The notes beneath the pieces are model-generated. The model had not been told where the DNA came from. It ran no database searches and was given only the letters and a program-made list of their open reading frames with translations. A stretch of 63,804 nucleotides of DNA, the filler included, from Reticulomyxa filosa (lineage: Eukaryota > Protista > Foraminifera): NCBI GenBank assembly GCA_000512085.1. It is 22 parts of 22 records of this genome, joined end to end, with 100 filler letters (N's around TTAATTAATTAA, not from the genome) between each part and the next. Parts side by side here need not be neighbours in the genome. Positions count along the whole stretch, not along the records: positions 25,061 to 32,261 come from ASPP01026293.1; positions 32,362 to 36,430 come from ASPP01010693.1; positions 36,531 to 39,727 come from ASPP01032086.1; 19 more parts are not named here. One strand, 5' to 3'. Shown piece by piece: positions 26,495 to 38,436 of the stretch. Positions within the stretch are counted from its first letter, which is position 1; every line of letters starts with the position of its first letter. Position numbers and translations under genes: made by a program.

Positions 26495-28613
26495 ATGACA
26501 ACTTCAATTGTAGGTTTAAATGATGCCGCAAGCCAAGTGATAGAAAAATTGAAGCAAATTTTGGCTGACCCTCGTGCGTTTTACGACTCGTTGACCCCGA
26601 CGCAAAAGAAGATATGTTTGGTGTTGTCGGGATTAACGACGGCGACAGTGGTGGCAGTGACATATGGCAAGACGGTTCGCTATATACGTTATATGCAAGG
26701 ATACATGCAGTGCGACACGATGAGTCGCATATTTTTGGACATGTTGGAGGAAAACATGAACACGAGTATTCACATGTTTGAAGTAAGTGACGACAGTTTC
26801 ACGCGCAATGATTTGATCTATTTGTTCGAAAACTTGTGTACTCAGTACATTAATTTTCGCAGTCGTTTTGTGCGTCTTGGCAGTTCGTGGTATGCCAAAG
26901 AGATTCCCAACGCCGCTACTGACCCCAATGTATTGGCTCAAATCATGGAACATAATTTAAAGTTTCGAAAAAAAAGGGTTTTATGCGTTTATAACTTTGT
27001 TGGAATTGTGTGTATACGTAATTTTTTTTTTTTTTTTTTTTTTTTTGTGTTTAGAATACCCTTTTAAAATTTTTGTTAATTATACATATATTGTGTATAT
27101 GTACATATATGTATATATATATATATATAAATGCTAAAAAGGTATATTCCAAATTGTACATTAAAATCCTCCTCATCGGGATCAGGATCGAAACCGAAAA
27201 AAACGGAGAAAGAGATCGAAGAGGAGATGTTGGAAGGCGTGATGAACTGGCTGAATGGTGACAAGGATGCATTAGGCGTGGAAGAGAAGAAGGAGGAGAC
27301 GGAAGAGGAGAGAAGTGGGGAGCTGAATGGACTGGATCGATTGAACCCGGGATGGCTCAACTACCAATGGCCCAATTGGAAGGTGTATTACTTCCATTTC
27401 AATGACTTGCAAAAGTGCGTGTGCTACGTGATCATCAACCACGCCGTCATCGATGGCATTGGCATGTGTCTGCTCATTGAGAAGTTGCACTCGCGCTTGT
27501 GGGGACATCACAACGACGCGTTGAGCAAGCAAGGACCACCATCTATTGCCTTCAATGTCAATGTCAATGCCAATGGTAATATTAATAGCAATGGCAATGG
27601 CAATAGCAATAGCAATAGCAATAGAAATGCCAATGCCAATGCCAATGGTCACCAAGGGTCCAACTCAGGTTCACATTCCAATTCAAGTCCTGTCCATAAC
27701 GACATCTCTACGGCGGCGAAATTTAGTCGTCCGAGTCAAATTCACGACAACAAACATATCAATCCTTTCAACCAGAGTCTACTAAACCCTCATTCGGAAC
27801 TTAAACGTCAAGACCGAACATGTTTGTTTCATACATCTACAATTGTTCTAATATGTATTGTCATTTTTTTTTAAAAAAAAAAAAAGATCCATGGCAAAGG
27901 ACACTCTATTGGGCCAGCACATGGGTAACCAATTGGTTTTCCGTCGCCAAAGACTTGTTCGGAAGGGCCGACCCACCGTCCGCGGTCAAGAGCAATCGAA
28001 GGTCGTTCCGATACAAACTGGCTTGCAGCAGAGCCATTTCGCTTCATCAATTCAAAGCAGTGGCGAATCACAGCAAGGTTGGACGTGATAGCAGGAAGGC
28101 TCAAACCAACTTTTTTTAAAAAAATTGAAATTAATATATTACATATATATTACATATATATTACATATATATATATATATATAAATTTCAATTCGATACA
28201 ATCGATTGTTAAAATGCAATAATATGAAAGGCAACCATCAACGACCTATTCCTGAAACTGATGAGCAAAACGATACGACGAGTTGTAAACGAGGGAACGC
28301 CGGACAGCGAACTGCTGCAGAGCAGTCACTTACGGTGCTGCATTCCTCTCAACTTCCGGCCCTTGGACACCTCGGACAAGGAATTGGAAGACCTGGCGTT
28401 GTACGGCCTCAATGCCAACTGCTTGGTCCCCTTCACCGTGCGTTTGCCGTTCCATCCCAATGTCAAGTACACCGACATCCAGACCACGATGAAGCCTTTG
28501 AAATACGGGTCCGCCGTTCGCTTTTACTTGGGCTTGTTCAACGTCGCTAATGCCTTTGGATTTTTGTCAACTGTGGTGTCCACTTGTTGCGTGATCTCTT
28601 GCATATACATATA

Positions 28614-28646
<33 letters not shown>

Positions 28647-29350
28647 ATATGTATGTGTATATGTTGTATGTGTGCATACATGTGGTGCCAACAGCCATTG
28701 GAAATTCGATGACGTTGTCAAATGTCCATGGGCCTTATTTGCCATTGCCCATTCCTGCAAGAGAAGGGGTATTGGAAAAAGAGATTACCAAGTACAAAGA
28801 TGAGACTAAAGACGATAACAATGACGATGATGAAGACAACGATAACGACAACAACAATGACAATGATAATGATAATGACAATGATAATGACAATGACAAT
28901 GATAATAATAATAATAATGCAAATGTCAATGGAAATAGTAATGGCTATGCCAATGGCAATCATCCAAATGGTAATGACGAAGCTGGTGATGCTCCTCCTT
29001 CCGCAAAGAAAGAAAAAAGCAGGGACGAAGAGCCGCATGAAGAACAAAAGCAATTCATGTCCTCACGCAAATTGAAGAAAATGAGTATTTGCGACGACAC
29101 TTTGCTTGGCAGCTTGACCAGTAGCAATTGCATCCGATGGGCTTTCGGATTTGCCTCGCCTGGAACCATGGGGCTGAATGTCACCTTGCAAAGCTATGTC
29201 GATGAAATTCGCATCTCCGTGTGTGTCGACACGGGATGTGTGGAAGATCCCAGAATCGTTGTCAATGCTTTCATGCACGAATGGGAACAAGCCCGAAATG
29301 CCGTCTCTCATCCTAAACTTGAAAAAATGCTCTTATCTGTAAATTTGTGA
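26495..29350 (+). CDS. Wax ester synthase/diacylglycerol acyltransferase (WS/DGAT) family, about 5 exons
   Basis: N-terminal hydrophobic helix; FRSRFV; NHAVIDGIG (HHxxxDG variant); TINDL; IPLNFRP; LSNVHGP; VTLQSY...ISVCVD...DP. Confidence 0.85.
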
Positions 29351-29973
29351 TTCTTTTTTGTCATTTATTTTGTCCTTTTTTTTTTTTTTTTTTTCTCTCC
29401 AAATTCTCCTTGTCATCTTCCTTACCGCTTTTTCTTTTTCGTTTGTCACATTTTTGCTTTTCTTGTTTTTGAACCAGTTGACAAAAATATGTGGTATTGC
29501 TGATGCATGGGCCAAAATAAGAGAACAAAAAAAAAAAATTGTCTTGTTTTGAACCTTTAATTTTTTCTTTTTTTTATATTTGGAAAAAAAAAAAAAATGA
29601 AACAAATTGTGATATATAAACCCAATTCAAGACTCCAAACAAGGAACACATATGTGTTCTAATATTTATTCCTTTCACAATTTATTGTCCTCTCTCCTTT
29701 TTTTTTTTGTCTTGCAATACGTCCCTGTGTATATTAGTTCTCATTACTACGCTTTTAGGATGAGAGCGCGCTCATTGTTTGCTATGTTCATGTCCAATTT
29801 TTTAAAAAATTCTTTACTGTTTTTTTAACGCAAGGTCGTATTTTTTTTAGGAACAATTTTCATTTTAAACTTTTAATGCACTTACAACGAGTGCGTAGTA
29901 CGTTGAACTCGTTTTTAGCCAAAAAACCTCTGTTCAAAAAAAAAAAAAAAAGAAAAGCATCTTCATTAAAAAC

Positions 29974-31240
29974 ATGAGTGGCAGTGATGAAAAGATACAA
30001 AGCCGTGAAGATGAAATGAAAAGTCTGAAAATGATATTTATCGGACTGGTTTGTGAGGATATCATTGCGAGAGTGTCGGAGTTTCCAAAAGAGGACACCA
30101 AAACCCGAGCCGATCCTCGCCAGGAAATGACCCGTGGTGGGAACGCTGCAAACAGTGCCACTGGTATGTAACTCCAAAAAAAAAAAAAAAGAGGGAAAGA
30201 ACGACTCTCTTCCGATCATGCTTTTTTGTTGTTGCAAAACTCGTGAAAAAGTGGTGGCATTGCTGGGACATGATAATGTGGACTTTATGGGAGCATTGCC
30301 ATCGAAACAGCGTTCAAGACTTGTGTTGGAGGATTTGAAGAAAAACGGAGTGGGTACGTCGCTGTGCATGTTCGATGAAGAGAAGGACGAGATAAGCACG
30401 TCTTGGATAATTTTGTCGACAAAGAACAACTCTCGCACTGTGATAAACTTTCCTCGTGGTGCGTTTGAGTTGCCAGTGAGCCATGTGAAAGACACATTGG
30501 GCCAAGTGCATGCCAACGTGCAGTTGATACACTTTGAAGGACGTTGGGTGGCCAACATGTGTGAAATGATGGCTTACTTGTGTGAAAATGAAAACACGCA
30601 GCACATACACATATCCATTGAAATTGAAAAAGAGAGACCTTTGCGAGAAGGCTCCATCTTTGTCCCTCCAAACAAAGCTGCACTCACAGCTTGTGACAAC
30701 ACAGCCACGGTACAAACCGAAGCCAAACAAAAAAAAGAGCAAGATAAAAACAAAGAAGAAAAAGATGAAGAAGAACAGTTTGTGGATCGTTTGATCCCTT
30801 TCGGCAATGTCATTTTTTTCAGCAAACAGCTAGTGCAAGGTCGTGGCTTTGCAAATCCAAACGATTTTTTACTCTACATCAGCAAACGTTTTTCTCACAA
30901 ATTTGTCAAATTGAAAAGTAACAATAATTCCAATACGTCTCGTTCCGATCGTGTTTGGCTTGTTTTACCCTGGGGAGAGGTCGGAGCATATGGTCTCGAA
31001 GTTGATAGTCATCTGTCCGAACAGACACACTCAGTCTTATTTGTCAAAAGCTACCCTCCTCCCAAAATTGCCACCACGCTTGGCGCAGGGGATGTTTTCA
31101 ACGGCGCTTTCTTGTTTGCTTATACAAAACAATGGGAACTTTACAAGTGCTTGGATTTTGCTTGTCAAGTTGCTGGCTTTAAAGTTGGCTTTGACACGTT
31201 TCAATGTGTCAAACAGTTTCAATATATTAATACTCGTTAA
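29974..31240 (+). CDS. KHK: PfkB-family kinase, ketohexokinase-like
   Basis: IGLVCEDII..FPKEDT..RGGNAANSATV (intron 30164-30251), IHFEGR, ISIEIEK, VIFFSK, WGEVGA, PPPKIATTLGAGDVFN. Confidence 0.85.
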
Positions 31241-31547
31241 CTTCCATGCTTCATATCATTTTTTTTTTTTTTACGTTTATGTGGTTGTCACGCATCTGGA
31301 GTTTTGTCTACATTGAAATAAAATATAACTACTTTTTTTTATTTCAGAGCGCTACTTTGCAATAACTCTAAATTTTTGACCTTGAACATCAATGTACTAT
31401 TTCAAAAAAATTTTGCAAGAAGTCAAGAACTAAAGACTGTTCGTAACAACTTCGAAAACTTATGGAAGGGAAAGGGGGAGGAGGCAGAAAAAAAAACTCT
31501 CAAATGGGAGGGGAATAGTTAATATATTACATTTTTCATTATAATAA

Positions 31548-32261
31548 ATGGTCTCACAACATTCTCCCCAACAAACTCTACAACTTGCTCGACAACTGAG
31601 CAAGAATTTCCGAACGTATTGGGAACTTCCTATGAGATTGGACAAGTACATGACGCAGTACCGTGGTTGGGACAAAGCAAAACTCGACAATGCAATGCAA
31701 ACTCCACTGTTGCGAAATTATTTATTTATTCGACTTTACTTGATTTTTTTTTGTCCATTTTTTTGTGTGGATAATTTTTTGAGATTCCAAGAAATTTCTC
31801 GAAAATAATGTGACACACAATAATAACAGTGCCGACGACAACAACAGCAAAAACAAAAACAAAAACAAAAGGGCAATAGGGATATTAGACCGTCGTACAA
31901 ATAAGATTTTATCATATTATCAATCGGACCCTTTGAAAAAGGACAAATTACGAGAGACGCTAATATACCCGCATGAGCGAGTCATGCTGTATGGTAAAGA
32001 GATAAAAGAGCGACCCACTCCGAAAGTGTTTGCATTGTATAAGCCCTTGGGCATGCGTTCAGAGGTCTTTGTCGCAGAAGAAAATGACCCAATGTCATCG
32101 TGGCTCGAAGCTTTGTCCCCAGGCGACGTCAATATGCAGCTTGTAGGTTATTTCTTTTCATTTACCTTTTCATTTAATCTTTTTTTTTTCTCCCTTCGAA
32201 AAGAATCCAAACTTTATATGAAGGAAGAGGACAGGAGAGAGGGAGGGGGGGGGGGGGGGGG
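31548..32261 (+). CDS. RsuA/RluB-family pseudouridine synthase, N-terminal part
   Basis: S4-like MRLDKYM, then FALYKPLG, then QLVG at an exon end, where GRLD is expected. The catalytic Asp is not within the contig. Confidence 0.6.
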
Positions 32262-32361
32262 NNNNNNNNNNNNNNNNNNNNNNNNNNNNNNNNNNNNNNN
32301 NNNNNTTAATTAATTAANNNNNNNNNNNNNNNNNNNNNNNNNNNNNNNNNNNNNNNNNNNN

Positions 32362-33591
32362 ATTATTATTATTATTATTATTATTATTGTTATTACTATT
32401 ACTATTGTTATTGTTATGATCATTGCTATTGTCGCTGTCTTTGTCATAATGTTTGTCTTTGTAACTATACTTGTCTTTGTGCAGTGGCAGTGCGTGTTCG
32501 TCCGGTACTGTATGAATGTGGTTTCGATTCTCTGGCGATGTCGACATCATTGCTACGTTCATGAGCGGTGGTTGAACAGTGGACACATGTTCTGTTTTCG
32601 TGGCTTTGTCTTGCAAAAATTTGATCTGTTGCCAGTCTTGCATGACCGCGTCGAGCAGTGTCTGTGTGATGGCCGGGATCGGTTCGTCGTTCACGACGGC
32701 GCGCTCGCCTTTGACACAACTGCGATGGCTATCCAGCGAAGCAGGGGGGTGCAGGAGGTAGTAAGGAGGAAGAGGGGGAGGGGGGCGGCAGTGACTATCC
32801 ATCCCTTCGTCCAACCACTTGGTCGATTCGTAGTTGCTGCTGGGCACGATGCAAACACTTCTCGTCACACCGTCTCCAATGCCAAGAGTATTCGTATTCA
32901 ATCCCAGAATATTCAACAATCGCTTGTCTGAATTTTCATATTGAATCGTGGTTGGCGGTACTATTTCACTTCGATGCAAATCCCAATTTGTCTCCATCCT
33001 CATCACGTTCATGTTTGTCTTTTCCGATCCCAGACTATTTAACGATCCGCTCACGCTTATTGGAATACTTATCTGTCTGCACAGTTGCTGAGGATAAACT
33101 GGCGGTATCTGTAGCTCTATTACGTTTGCTGTTCGTTGTGATCCGGCTATGCAATTAGTGATCCCCCATCCGGTATTTCGGTCACAAATTACCACACCTG
33201 ATGGCAGACGAATCAACAACGACTCCGTAGACAAACCTCCGATATCACCACTTTTTTATTTTCGTCATACAAAAAAAAAAAAGTCCTTGAAATGAGCCAG
33301 TTTGTAAATAAAAAAAAAAAGGGTGGATTGTGAGGGGACTGTTGTAACGAATTCTGTCCCTCCTCCTGTTTTAAGGAAGAGGAAGAAAATTGAATTCTAA
33401 AAGAGCTTTTGGATAATGTAGCAACATACCTCATTGTTGTTAACATAGGTCTCTTGGTTTGTAAATAAGTAAAACACAAAGCTTTGTTTGTCCAAGTTTT
33501 TTTCTTGTGTGAACTTGGAAACTGTTTTTTGACATTCATATAATGGAATTACAACAATCCAATTTACACTGTCACTTTTAAACAATTGCAT
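32362..33591 (-). CDS. Hypothetical protein, 3'-truncated in a poly-Asn tract
   Basis: ~290-aa open exon at 32362-33234, with possible small upstream exons; no recognisable motif. Confidence 0.55.
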
Positions 33592-34497
33592 TTATTCACG
33601 TGTTTGAAACATATAAATATGAAATTCTTTTCACTCTTTATTCTATTGGGGTTATTTTGTTTATTTGTTTGATGAGTTGTTTCCTTTTTGTTGTTATGTT
33701 TCAAATGCTAAAACATCTTTTTCTTTTGAAGGTTTGTTTCTTTTTCATTACAATTTACCGAAAATATGGAGCAATAAAAGAAATGGGTGCAAAATTGCAG
33801 TTTATTAAAAAATGAGTCTAAAACATGTTTAGAGTGAATCAATTAGATTAAGCATGTATTGCATTAAAAAATAAGTTATTGTTAAAGCCTCAGCCTTTTT
33901 TTTTGGAAAATCAATTTGCAAGCGAATTTAAAACTTTCAAAATTTTATCAAGAACAATGTATTCAATTCTAGTCAATGATTGACATCAGAAATGTTGCTA
34001 ACAAACGATGCTTTAAAAGTCAAGACGGAATTAAATATATTTTAAAAAATTTTAAATTGAAAACAAACCACAGATATAATTACCAGTTGAACATTAAAAT
34101 TTAAAGATATTTAAACATAATGAATTAATTGTTTTTGTGGCTTTTATTTCAGTTAAAATTTGTTTTGTTTTTCTCGTGACGGTTGCAAACTACTAAAAAA
34201 AATGGTTGAGGAAATTGAAACTTTGTGAATAAGATTTTAAGAAAGAAATAAACTAATCCACATATAAAAAAAGATTTCCTCGAAAAGTCTCAGAAAGAAG
34301 AAGTGTGGACGTTTATTCCATTGAATTTGAAAAATACAGATCAATTGAATATATCCAATCAAACGCTTAAAAAAATTGAGACAAAATATAATGTTTCACA
34401 AATACGGTAATACTTGTTGTGTATAACAACGATGAAAAAGAGCAGTGATCAATAGTTTATGAGTTCGCAGTAAGATTGGAACAAACATATGTGCTTT

Positions 34498-35044
34498 TCA
34501 ATTGACATCTAGTGGGTCGGGTCGTGGTGCGTCATATCGATGATCGATGTAACTGTTATCATCCGGAGACAAAAAGTGTGGCCTTTGAGAATACTGTGGT
34601 GGAACAGGTGTGTGTTTGGATCCATATTTTAAAAAAAACAAATCGTTGTAAATAATTCCAATCAATCCGTTTGCAACCATTATCAGGGGAATACTCACCA
34701 CAACTATAGCTAAACATAACGCCAAATAAAAAAATCTACAACCAACCCCAAAATAGGGTTCTTCCTTTTCTATCGGTGTTGTCAAACGTTTTGCTCTCAT
34801 CTTTTTCAACTAAAATTTACTTCAAATCCTTTTTTTTTCGCTCAGGGGCCCTTGTACCTCTCAAGAAAGTTACACACCAGTTCGCCTCCCCTTGTGCTGC
34901 TTTATCAAGATTCAGCCCTTTGTATTGATGATTTAAGGTTGTTGAGCTCCAGTAATAGTCTTGCTTTTGAATTTTCCTGAAAATTTCAGAGAGCCGAGAG
35001 AAAATATTTTTTGAATTAATATAAATGAAGGTCTTTTTTTTCAA
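34498..35044 (-). CDS. Small membrane protein, at least 2 exons
   Basis: Two ORFs separated by a short intron-like gap; hydrophobic stretch FFYLALCLAIVVVSIPLIMVANGLIGII. Divergent from RlmN. Confidence 0.5.
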
Positions 35045-35189
35045 AGTTTATTGTAAAAGCTAATTGCGATTTGCCATTCAAACAAACGCACGTGTTATAA
35101 AACTTGGAAAAAAAGTTGTATGATTTTAAAGTGCTAGGTTGTTTTTTGAATGATCTAGACCCTTTAGCAACCGCCTTGGATAAAGAATA

Positions 35190-36430
35190 ATGTCACAATC
35201 CAGCAAAATGCGTACTTTAAAGCCAAATACAATTTTGGACAGAGAATCATTGGTACGTTTTTTTCACGACCATAATATCAATCAAGTACACTTAAGTAAA
35301 ATTTGGCGCCTAATGATAAAAGACCCACATCTGGGTTTTGACGATATACCCGGTTTGCCAAAAGCAGCGGCGAGTTTACTAAGTGAAAATTTTTGTACTC
35401 TCACGTCGGTCCTCAAAGAAACCAGTGACAGTAAAGATGGCCGAACAACGAAGCTCTTGATTGAATTGCAAGACAAGCAGATGATTGAGGCCGTAATCAT
35501 CCGACACTCGGATACGAGGAGTGGAGGGCACACAGTCCTATGCGTTTCATCTCAAGTAGGGTGCAAAATGGGATGTACGTTTTGTGCCACAGGAACCATG
35601 GGTCTGTTGAGTCAGCTGACAGCTGGTGAGATATTGGAACAATTACTCCATGCCAAAATCCATTTGGAAAAACAGCAAAATAATGAAACGCAAGGCACTG
35701 TCAATAAAAAGTTGGAACGAACAGGTAATATTCATGCCTTTGTACATAACAAAAAAAATTTTTTCTTTCAAAAATAAAGAAATTTCTGAGGAATTTTCTC
35801 GTGAAATTTCCAATTAAGAAATCAATTTTAAAAAAAAAAAATGTTTGAAAGGCAAAATTCGCAATATTGTATTTATGGGAATGGGCGAGCCATTGGATAA
35901 TTATGACGCGGTGAGTGAGGCAATTGAAGGCATGCATGACCGCTGTCGTTTTAATATTGCGTGGAATCACATAACAGTGAGCACAGTTGGGGTGATTCCA
36001 AAGATCCGTACTTTGGCGACACAGTTCCCTCACGTCAATTTGGCATTGAGTCTGCACGCCCCGAATCAGGAAATCCGCTGCAAAATAGTGCCCTCAGCGA
36101 AAGCGTATCCCATGGACAAGCTCATGCACGCATTGAAATATTACATTGTATGCACAAATAACAAGGTGTTTATCGAATACATTTGCATCGGCAATGTCAA
36201 TGTCAGTGAAGAGTGCGCACACGAGCTGTCCAAAATGATGATTCACTACTTGAACGAGGTGGAGGTGGACACTGGGAAAAAGCCGCAAATCACCACAAAG
36301 GAGGGATTGGATGAAGTTCCTCCGTCTCATGCGCATTCCGAAGACAATAACAATGACAAGGACAATGACGATGATAATGGCAATGACAATGATAATGATA
36401 ATGACAATGATAATGATAATGATAATGATA
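35190..36430 (+). CDS. rlmN: RlmN/Cfr-family radical SAM RNA methyltransferase, 3'-truncated
   Basis: LCVSSQVGCKMGCTFCATG (CxxxCxxC), NIVFMGMGEP, ITVSTVG, LALSLHAP, FIEY. Intron 35725-35851. Confidence 0.95.
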
Positions 36431-36530
36431 NNNNNNNNNNNNNNNNNNNNNNNNNNNNNNNNNNNNNNNNNNNNTTAATTAATTAANNNNNNNNNNNNNN
36501 NNNNNNNNNNNNNNNNNNNNNNNNNNNNNN

Positions 36531-38156
36531 AATCTGGTCCGGAAGCGCCCGCAAAATCAGTTGGCGATAAGCGGCGAGGCCAGCGTTGGGTCGTTCAACT
36601 TCTACCGAGGGGTCGTAGATGTCGGGGGCCCGGTGAATACTTCGGGGACGATCCGCGGTCGCGTCGTCGCTTCTTTTCAGGACAACAACTACTTCTACGA
36701 CGTCGCTCACAATCGGAATGCCCTCATCTACGGCACAATGGAAGCGGACATCACGCCGGATACGTTGCTGCGCTTCGGCATGAGCTATCAGAAGAACGAT
36801 TCCATTCCGTTCGTCGGGTTGCCGGCTTACACCAATGGGCGGACCTTGAATGTTCCGAGGTCTTCGGCCGCTGGAGCCGTTTCGTGGGGGAGCCGGCCAA
36901 ACGAAACCCTGAATCCCTTTGTCGAGCTTACGCATCACCTCGACAGCGGATGGAATTTGCGCCTGGCGGGGACCTATTTTCATTCGACCACGAGCTGGAC
37001 TCGCACGGCCGCGTCGGCCGGTGTCAATCCCGCCACGAATACGATCCCGTCCATCCTGGCGACCTATACTTCCTATGCGGAAGACCAATTCAGTGTCGAT
37101 GGTTCGGCCAGTGGGCCGATATCGCTTTTTGGACGAACGCACGAACTGGTCGCCGGCCTCAACTGGAGAAGGGAGTCGTACAGCTACTGGCCAGGCGTAT
37201 CGGCAACTATTTCTGGCCCGTTCAATGTGTATGCGCCCATGTACAACGTCCCTCAGCCTTCTACCCTTCAGGCAAGGGCAAATACCGTAACGAACACCAC
37301 TCAGTATGGTTTTTATCTGTCGGGCAAATTCAGCGTGGCCGACCCGTTGAAACTCATCCTGGGTGGCCGTTTGAACTGGTACACGGCCTCGACCCAACAA
37401 CTGTATCCGACGGTAAAGTCGCCGGTGCTCTACGGCAACGCAGCTGAATTTACGCCGTACGCAGCGCTCGTTTACGATGTGGCGAAGAACGTTTCGGCGT
37501 ATTTCAGCTATACAAGCATATACCAGCCGCAGAGCTATCTCACCTACAGCGGGGCGTTGGTGAACCCCGTCACGGGCATTCAGTACGAAGCCGGCCTAAA
37601 AGGCGCGTTCTTTGGCGGGCAACTCGATGGTTCGCTGGCGTTCTTCCTCATCCGCCAGAGAAATACGGCACAAGCCGATGTCCTCCATCCCGGATACTAC
37701 CTGCCATCAGGCGGCGAAATCGAAAGCAAGGGTGTCGACATCCAATTGAGCGGGCGCCTGACGCCTGGGTGGAATCTGACGGCAGGTTACACCTACAATC
37801 CGACGACGTACGTTCAAGACGCCGCGTATCAGGGGCAGCCGTACAGTACCTTCACGCCGCAGCATATGTTCAAGCTCTGGACGGACTACGAGTTTCTCGA
37901 AGGGCCATTGAGGAACTGGAGCGTCGGAGGCGGGGTGTTTGCCGTAAGTACCTTCAGCAGTGGCAACATATATCAATACGGCTACACAACGTTGAACGCC
38001 CGCGTCGGATACAAGATCAACGAGCGTCTCGAAGCGGCGCTCAATCTCAATAACATTACCGATGCCGTCTACTATCAAACTGTGACCAGCCCTCTGTACA
38101 ACAACATGTACGGCGCTCCCTTCAACGCGATGTTCACATTGCGTGGGCGGCTCTAG
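36531..38156 (+). CDS. Bacterial TonB-dependent receptor (FhuE/FpvA-like siderophore-receptor type), 5'-truncated
   Basis: Beta-barrel pattern with DVGGP..GTIRGRVV, LILGGR, FTPYAALVYD..SAYFSYT.IYQPQ, QYEAGLKG, SKGVD, P.H.FKLWTDY, LNLNNITD..YY. GC-rich and intronless. Confidence 0.95.
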   Translation, partial: NLVRKRPQNQLAISGEASVGSFNFYRGVVDVGGPVNTSGTIRGRVVASFQDNNYFYDVAHNRNALIYGTMEADITPDTLLRFGMSYQKNDSIPFVGLPAYTNGRTLNVPRSSAAGAVSWGSRPNETLNPFVELTHHLDSGWNLRLAGTYFHSTTSWTRTAASAGVNPATNTIPSILATYTSYAEDQFSVDGSASGPISLFGRTHELVAGLNWRRESYSYWPGVSATISGPFNVYAPMYNVPQPSTLQARANTVTNTTQYGFYLSGKFSVADPLKLILGGRLNWYTASTQQLYPTVKSPVLYGNAAEFTPYAALVYDVAKNVSAYFSYTSIYQPQSYLTYSGALVNPVTGIQYEAGLKGAFFGGQLDGSLAFFLIRQRNTAQADVLHPGYYLPSGGEIESKGVDIQLSGRLTPGWNLTAGYTYNPTTYVQDAAYQGQPYSTFTPQHMFKLWTDYEFLEGPLRNWSVGGGVFAVSTFSSGNIYQYGYTTLNARVGYKINERLEAALNLNNITDAVYYQTVTSPLYNNMYGAPFNAMFTLRGRL

Positions 38157-38388
38157 TGAGGAGGCGCGTGTCAAGCATCCGCTGGTCGCTGCGCTTTTCC
38201 CGAAATCTGGGTAGATTGAAGCGCACCTTTCTGAACATGCGCGTAGCCGATGGGATCGTGCGCCCAGCATCGCCTACCTCCCCGATCCCGCTGGACCTTG
38301 TTCGTCGAGACATCGTTGCATTGGCGATGTTGTGGCCTTGACCGGTGCTGGTCCCGGCCGCGTGTAAAGTGAATAGAGCGGCTGGAGC

Positions 38389-38404
38389 TGGTCCGTTGAT
38401 TGCA
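38389..38404 (+). promoter_or_regulatory. Candidate sigma54 (-24/-12) promoter
   Basis: TGGTCCGTTGATTGCA has exact GG-N10-GC spacing with TTGCA at -12, about 20 nt upstream of the GGAGG RBS (38425-38429). Confidence 0.6.
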
Positions 38405-38436
38405 TGTCCGCCGGGATCACGGGCGGAGGCACGTTC

